Under the pieces are notes generated by a model, which did no database searches, had not been told where the DNA came from, and saw nothing but the letters and a program-made list of their open reading frames with translations. Of a DNA stretch of 64,000 nucleotides, positions 57,288 to 64,000 are shown one piece after another. The stretch is taken from contig NC_047075.1 of the NCBI RefSeq assembly GCF_902459465.1, forward strand, positions 10,912,001 to 10,976,000. The letters are read 5' to 3'. The stretch's first letter is position 1; each line of letters begins with the position of its first letter. This DNA comes from Asterias rubens. Its lineage: Eukaryota. Position numbers and translations under genes: made by a program.

Positions 57288-57962
57288 GAAATAACTAGAT
57301 CGGCCGCGCGTACATACACGGGTTCTGGCACGGGTCCGCCATTGGCCCATCTCCCATGTTCACTTTCTGTGCGTTGCCGTGGTCACGTGACTTGTTGCCG
57401 TCGGCAGATGACATTTAGCGCGTCCAAAGCCTCCCGTGTGCATTTTCTGCGCGTCGGCTTTCGAACGTGAAATCGTTACCGCGTCCGAGGCGAACCCAAA
57501 CAAAATTCTGCACAGGCAAAAAATGGCGCGTGTTTGTTGTCGATTCGGACTATCGAACCTTATCGTTAATTCGGACTGTCGAACTTTATTGTCAATTCGA
57601 ACTGTCGAACCTTATTGTCGATTCGGACTATCGAATCTTATTGTCAATTCGGACTATCGAACCTTATTGTCAATTCGGACTACCGAACCTTCGGAATATT
57701 TAACCTTATCCTACTTTCGGACTAACAGGCCATTCGGACTATCGAACCTTCGGACTGTCGGACCTTCGAACTATTGAACCTTCGGACCATCAAACCTTCG
57801 GACTAACGGACCTTCGAACTATTGAACACTCGGACTATCGAACCTTCGGATTAACGGACCTTCGAACTATTGAACCTTCGGACTATCGAACCTTCGGACT
57901 AACGGACCTTCGAACTATTGAACCTTCGGACCATCGAACCTTTGGACTATCGAGCGGTAACC
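56363..57962. mobile_element. Two related TIR elements with (GGACTATCGAACCTTC)n subterminal arrays; the second (56761-57962) is flanked by a 9-bp TSD (MULE-like)
   Basis: CTGTAACCG at 56752-60 and 57963-71; repeat arrays flip orientation across the centre of each element. Confidence 0.65.
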
Positions 57963-59059
57963 CTGTAACCGATAGTTACAGGGCCCTTCCACGTAAATAA
58001 AAACAACTGTTTAGCATGGTAATGTTATACCAAATAAAAGTAAAGGGACTTCCTAAGCGGTATGAAGCCACTGGGTCATATTAAAGAACTGCTTGCACGA
58101 AAATGTCAAGTCGTGAACTTTGCTGAATTTCACTTAAAATGTTTTCAATCAATAAGGAAATCCAGTCATATGACTAAACATTTAAATACATCTTAATTGT
58201 GTAAACATAAATCATTTCGAATAATTATTACCCTCCTCCCGTGCTTTTCATGAAAGATTCGCGAACAGCTCTTATACGTTTTAACACACAGACATGTTAC
58301 GTCATAGTTGGGAGCTCCAATTTGTATAGCCTCCAATTTGTATGTTGCAGCAAGTAGGTAAAACAAAGCAAATACCAAGACATTCCATCAAAGCATTGTC
58401 ATTTTGACGCAGGTGGTCAACGGCAAAAGTGTTTTTAATTTTTAAAAACCTTTAGGCTGGGGCATGATGTTTAAATCGATAATTACGAAAAATTCAGAAA
58501 TGTACACATATCAAAATGACATTTAGATGGTGAACAAACGCATCATAAACAAGTTAAAATATCATTTCCGTTAAAAAAAATCCGCTCAAGTAGCTGTTTA
58601 ACCTTGCACTTTTTTTCAACCCAAAGCAACAATCGTCAAGGTTCATTTGTCACAGTATTTCGTAATTTGGTAACATTTATTGGGAAACCCCACTCCCAGC
58701 CAAAAATGAAATCTTTTGTTAGGTACCATTACAAAAAACCATTAATAGAACTGGGATTTTTACGTACAATGTTTACGTAGCTTTAAAATGTACATCTGAG
58801 TTGTGTTAACAATAACACGTCTCATGATGATGATGTAATGTTATTTCCTTAAATAAACTTGAATTTAGATAGTTTCGATCAGATCTATCAAGACAGCTGT
58901 CACGGAAGATTGGAAAAAAAATTCAGAACAACATCTCCTGATATGGTTTACATAAATTATCTTATGTTAAAGTTCATCTTACAGGTTAACGCCAGAAACT
59001 TCCACAAATAGGCTACAGGTGACTTGTTATATTTGCAAAGAAGGTTGCTTTGGGAAAAT

Positions 59060-61082
59060 ATGGCCGACCGTGGATTAAAAGGCGTTTTGCGACCTCTTTG
59101 TTTAGGTGTGATTGCTTGTGTACTAATCATTGGACTAGTTGGAGCCAAGGCTACGGGGGACGCGTGTGAGGTTTGCCATTGCGAAAGACAGCCATCGACT
59201 GTTGACTGCAGCAATAGGGGTCTGACAGAGCTGCCAATCGGCATACCAAATAACACTAGAAAACTGTAAGTGATTTTTAAATTAATGTTATTAAGTCTTT
59301 CAAGATGTGTTTAGTTAGAGTTGATATTATTAAGTACTTGGGCTGGTTTAGTTTCCGTTCTGTTTTTTATTGAGGTGAACGTTTCAGAAGAAAAAAAAAA
59401 CAAACAGAATATTTCGACTGACAACCAAACAGACAACGGACTTGTTTACGGAACAGCGGTATAGTAGAGTTAAAGAGTGAGAACTGTACTCGGAATGAAC
59501 CCCTCACCCAGTTTGGCCACTCGGCTGCCGTACTCCTTTAGTACAGACGTATCGATACACAAAATAAAGCTTTTGTCACTCAGATTATGTGTTTTGATGA
59601 GTGGAATGTGAATAAACAGTTAACTAAGGTTCATCAAATTTAGTTCTTATTTTATTTACAAATTTAAGAGTTTGCTCCGATCCGAGAGGGCGGTGTTCGT
59701 CAATCGAGGCGCGCTATTTGAAGAGAAAACGTATGGTCTGGCCCCGTACACTACGTCTGGTACCTGATCGATATGATGCCTACGTAGAGAACAAGGGTCC
59801 ACGGAGCAGACTGCACGCACTACGGCTGCTATGCGGATGGTCCACTCGGATTACCCTGCCCGGTGAATCGCATGCAGTACCAACGACAACAAAAGTTGTG
59901 ACGCTAGACGTACGCTAAAAACATGCCCTCAAAGTTCAAACTTACCTGAATTTGTTTTCACGTTCTCCTTTATGTTCGTAACGTCTTTCAGGTACCTTTG
60001 TCGACTTCCCACTAGCTGAAAAAATTGTTGGGATGGCGTAGTTTTTCAGAATAACTGTTCTGTTCATGTCAAATGTTTGTTGTGTTCCGCATTCCAAGCA
60101 CGGCGGCTCGAAGTGTTTGCTGCACGCAGCGCTGAACAAGACGTCGGACTGGACCGCTATTGCTCTTGTGAGTCTGACTATGCAAACAGACCCCATCTTT
60201 TGTTTTGAATCAGCAATACACCTGGTCGACATTGCCCGGAAGATTAAAGAAAAAAACGTGTAAACTCACGACTCCACTTACGTGTACTTGCACGTGTGTT
60301 TACTCTACGCGTTGCAGGCAAATTCGAGGGGGGTCTTTGTTCGATCGAGGCAAAGTCGGCCTCGATTGACGTCACAAAAGGGGTAGGCGGAGTCACCCCA
60401 AACAACTTTATCTATTTTTTAACCCTGCATTCCACGCTAAGCAGACAGAATACTATCTGTTAAGCAGGCCAGGACAAACCTGGCACACTAATACTCTGTG
60501 TACACACTATACACCCAACACGGGGGACTCACTGTTGCATAAATGGACTCTAACTATCCCCACCACCGTTGAGGTGGGGGGTGGGTGGAATGAGGATGGC
60601 AGGTAAAAAGATCTTGTTACTCAAAGCCCATTACTTTCTGAACACATTTATGCCCGACTCAAAAGATAGATAAACACAATTGACCTTTCTCTTCAGACAC
60701 TCCATTCAAAAAGTGAAACAAATTCCCTCCAGCCCCCCCCCCCCTTCCCCCCATCCCAAGCAACCCCTGACCACCATAGTAAAAAACTCTTAGGAAGCTT
60801 TGGTGAAGTTTGCCAGCTGGCACAGTCAAGTCTGTACTACATGTTGACAGACAAGCTTGTTGCCTGCCATTTTCATTTTTTTTTCCAGCAGTACATGTCT
60901 AAGGGGAAGTACCCAGAACCTTGGACCAGTGTCACTTGAAATAGACATAGAAGACAAACCCGATAACCTAGGCCACTCGAAATCTCTATTATGTTTCTCA
61001 AACGTACAATGAATGAAGTCGTGAAATAAAGGCTTTCTATCCCATTCACGAGAAGAGTAATCAACAAAAACGCTAATTGAGC

Positions 61083-61124
<42 letters not shown>

Positions 61125-63737
61125 GGCTAACTCACTTAAGACAGGGTTAAACATATAAATCGTGACAAACAAAGAATACTACACAAATATGTCCAGGTGA
61201 CTTTAACATAAAACAAATCATCGGTTAATCTTATGATACAACACGGACAGAACACGTATTGCATTGTATGCATAAATACAAAAATAAACACCCCACACAA
61301 CCAGTTCGAAAATGGGACGGCTACTTTTTAAGAAAAAATTCCTGGATATAACTCTTCAAACTTATTATCTAACAAATAAATTAACACATTTTGAACATAG
61401 TCAAGAGTAATTTTGTTAAAATGATTTCTATAGGTTTTGATGGTAAACAGTCGTAAATTAATTTTGAAGGAAGTTTCTACATGTTGGTATTTGACATCGT
61501 GACGCTGAAGTAACATGCTGATATGACTGATCTGCGATAAGTTTAAACTGAACTGCATACAGTTTGAAAGGTACCCTTTCAAGCAGAGCATTGTATATTT
61601 GTGGAAACCCCCAGGCGAAGTCAAGCATCATTACTCCCTTTGTGTCAGCTTATATTCTACCATTATTTACCAAAGAAATCTGATTCTTTATAAATAGAAC
61701 GAGCCTTCCTCGTGTTCTTTTGTTATGTAAAAAAAAAAACTCATTAATTAAAGGAGGCAACATGGTTGGTTTTCCCGAAATTTTGCATGTCAAATGGAGA
61801 TGTTGTGTTACTTATTTGAATACTGCAAAGGCTTAAAGATTTGTAGTAAGCACACTTTGCGGTAGCACAATTTCGTTTTTGAGCATGTGTTGGACTCACG
61901 GGGACTGCTTGATTATAAGCTGACACTTGGCTTGTTCAAAACGAAAGCAAAGCTCAACCTAAACTAAATGTCATTTTCATGTGGGGATTTAAATGTTGTC
62001 ATTACATGAGTTTCTAACTTCAATAGGCAGTTAATCTACCCAAGCAGTCAGCAGCATGACTGGTTTATTCTTGGTCCAATTACCAGCTTAAGGTGCAATG
62101 TTTGGATCCGGGAGTATAAGGATATAACAGGTGTAGTAGGCTGATATAGTGTATTGTTTAGGCCATTCTTGAAACTGCATGAGCAGACTTGACCCTGATT
62201 CCGAGTTCAAAGCGGCCTGACTAATGATCTATTGGACAGTGTGACCTTGGAACTGTGGTTATTTTAGCATGATAAACTAATGTGTCAATTAGACGCAGAT
62301 TAAGGTTCGTTAGGAAATGGGACAGGCCAAACGTGACAAAGAATCTAAAAAAATTCTACCCCGATAGTTTTTAGATGGTAAATTTTGTCTTGTTTTTTCT
62401 TCTTTCTTGCTTGTGCTACAGAGACCTTAGTATGAACTTCTTGCGAAAGATACCAGAAGATTGGTTGTTGCAGTTTGATCATCTCTCTTACCTGTACGTA
62501 TGATAATGTGTGATTGATTAATAATAATGATCTACATAGCTCAACGACCATCATCCAATTAACCTTAGCAAAGGCTCTTTTCGATTTCAAGGCCAGCTTT
62601 GTGTGCGCGCTCATCTTCACACGAGAGGACGGAGCCTGAAGCAGAATCCAAAGCCGAAGCCATTGTTTCGAAAAGGGCCATAGTCTCTCATTACAGAATG
62701 CAAAAAATATTTAGCTTACTTTGTGTTGAACTGTGAATTTTCGATTGGTATTTAAGTCTCTGCATTGTGTGTATCTCTGTTGTTCTGAAAGTTTACACAC
62801 AGTGCTGAATAACGTTGTATAAAGTGTACGACACAAAGGAACACCGCCGGTTTTTAGTAGCCTTTTGTCAAGGCGCACGCGGCACACCGGATGGCACGCA
62901 CAACCCCAAAAATGTAACGCACGAATAGATAATACCAGTGCGAGCGGCGTAAGCCGCGAAGCGCCTTTAGCAACTCGTTTTAGAGCCCTAGGTTTTTCTT
63001 TACAAATTTGCCACGATTTAGGTGGGAGAAAATGTATCGAATTTGCATCGAACGTTCTTGTGACGTCATGCAAGTAATTGTGGCTTCTTATTGGCCAGCA
63101 ACTCACCACGCTAATGTATTATGCATTACATTTTCTCCCTCCAAAATCGTTGGCAATTGTAAAGAAAAACAAAAGGCCCCAAAACGAGTTGCTAAAGGCG
63201 CTTCGCGGCTTACGCCGCTCGAGCTGATATATATTTTTTTCATTCGTGCTAAAGGCTAGGTTTCTAGTAAAACTAGGACATTTCATGTGTCGCGCTCTAA
63301 ACCAATGCAAATGTATAATTGTTGTAAGGGGGGTTATATAGTGTATAATTTGTTTATGTTCTCAGTTTCCATATATACCGAACAGGAGCAAACATAGACA
63401 ATCAAGCTACACAAGAATGATGTCAATAAATCAGTTCAGTAAAATGGTACCCATGCAATTAGAAAACTAAATCTTTTCCACGTAAAAAAAGTTATTTAGC
63501 TGGCGTTCTTTGGGTATAATGTTTGCCCCAAACTGTTCGGGCTTTCCCAATATGTGTAGTGAATGTAAATTGAGGAGAGTGTCATTTTTTTTAGGGACAT
63601 CGAGAAAAGGGAAGCGGGGGACATGATTTGCATTAAGACGATCTAAGATTGTTTTGACTTTGTTCTTTTAATTTCAGGAGTGTATCCGGAAATCATATTT
63701 CGAATTCATTTAAAGTACCACCATCCCTCAGGACTCT
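59060..63737 (+). CDS. Gene B (paralog of gene A), partial: join(59060-59265,63678-63737,...) continuing beyond the window
   Basis: MADRGLKGVLRPLCLGVIACVLIIGLVGAKA signal peptide, CEVCHC..VDCSNRGLTELPIGIPNNTRKL LRRNT cap, CT|gtaagt donor joins in frame to G AGT GTA TCC GGA AAT (LSVSGNHI). A 5'UTR acceptor ttacag| lies at 58984. Confidence 0.85.
59942..60232 (-). pseudogene. Third THAP remnant (internally deleted, open frame, ends at a splice donor) in gene B intron 1
   Basis: MSTRCIA..VRLTRAI..ACSKHF..ILKNYAIPTIF; TTCAG|GTAAG at ~59945; leader 60235-60420 matches 1480-1650. Confidence 0.7.
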
Positions 63738-64000
63738 GTAAGTTTAATACGTTTTTGTCTCATTTTGGGATTAAAGCTCATTATTTCACTAGACCAGTTG
63801 CTCGTTGACTCGATGCCTGTTTTGTTGTAGTATTTCATCGAACGCGTGGAGTATATCATCCGCTATCCTATACCGTGCGGTTCAATAAACTGTCATCTTT
63901 TGGTGATATATTTTTAGAAGTACTGTACGGTTGGAAAAGGTACACAGTGTTCAAGCTTGTGAACCAAATCCATTGTTATGATATTTTCAATATAAATGTT
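61739..64000 (+). repeat. Segmental duplication block shared with 16127-18252
   Basis: Collinear match from ACTCATT..TTAAAGGAGGCAACATGG to the window end. Confidence 0.95.

Overview
Eukaryotic (metazoan) genomic DNA, AT-rich and repeat-dense. The repeat repertoire (Nin/Deu-type tRNA SINEs, TTAA MITEs, palindromic MITEs, L2/RTE LINEs) suggests an echinoderm such as a sea star; this is inference, not a database result. The main content is a tandem pair of + strand paralogous receptor genes. Gene A (>=16 exons, 17929-51473, about 1087 aa without its first exon) encodes ~14 leucine-rich repeats, almost all on individual phase-2/phase-2 exons, then TNFR/Eph-type CxxC-PxG Cys-rich repeats, then a ~8-9-helix membrane domain that lacks rhodopsin-GPCR motifs. 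Gene B starts at 59060 with a signal peptide + LRRNT exon, has exon 2 at 63678 and runs off the window. The two genes share a highly similar 2.1-2.3 kb intron/exon block (16127-18252 vs 61739-64000). I could not find gene A's signal-peptide exon in the 17.9 kb upstream; that region is a transposon nest: a TTAA-flanked Kolobok-like element that splits a SINE, a 4.7 kb CACTA/EnSpm derivative with a spliced in-frame mini-ORF, and a CXC-type transposase remnant ending exactly at the duplication breakpoint. A decayed duplicate of the acceptor and first 20 codons of the large exon sits just upstream of it and could give a soluble ectodomain isoform. Introns also hold decayed RTE and L2 LINEs, a long-TIR element filled with minisatellites, THAP remnants, MULE-like elements and many MITEs. 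All calls were made by eye; splice models are supported by AG/GT sites and frame continuity, not by transcripts. No CRISPR, rRNA or convincing functional tRNA gene was found.
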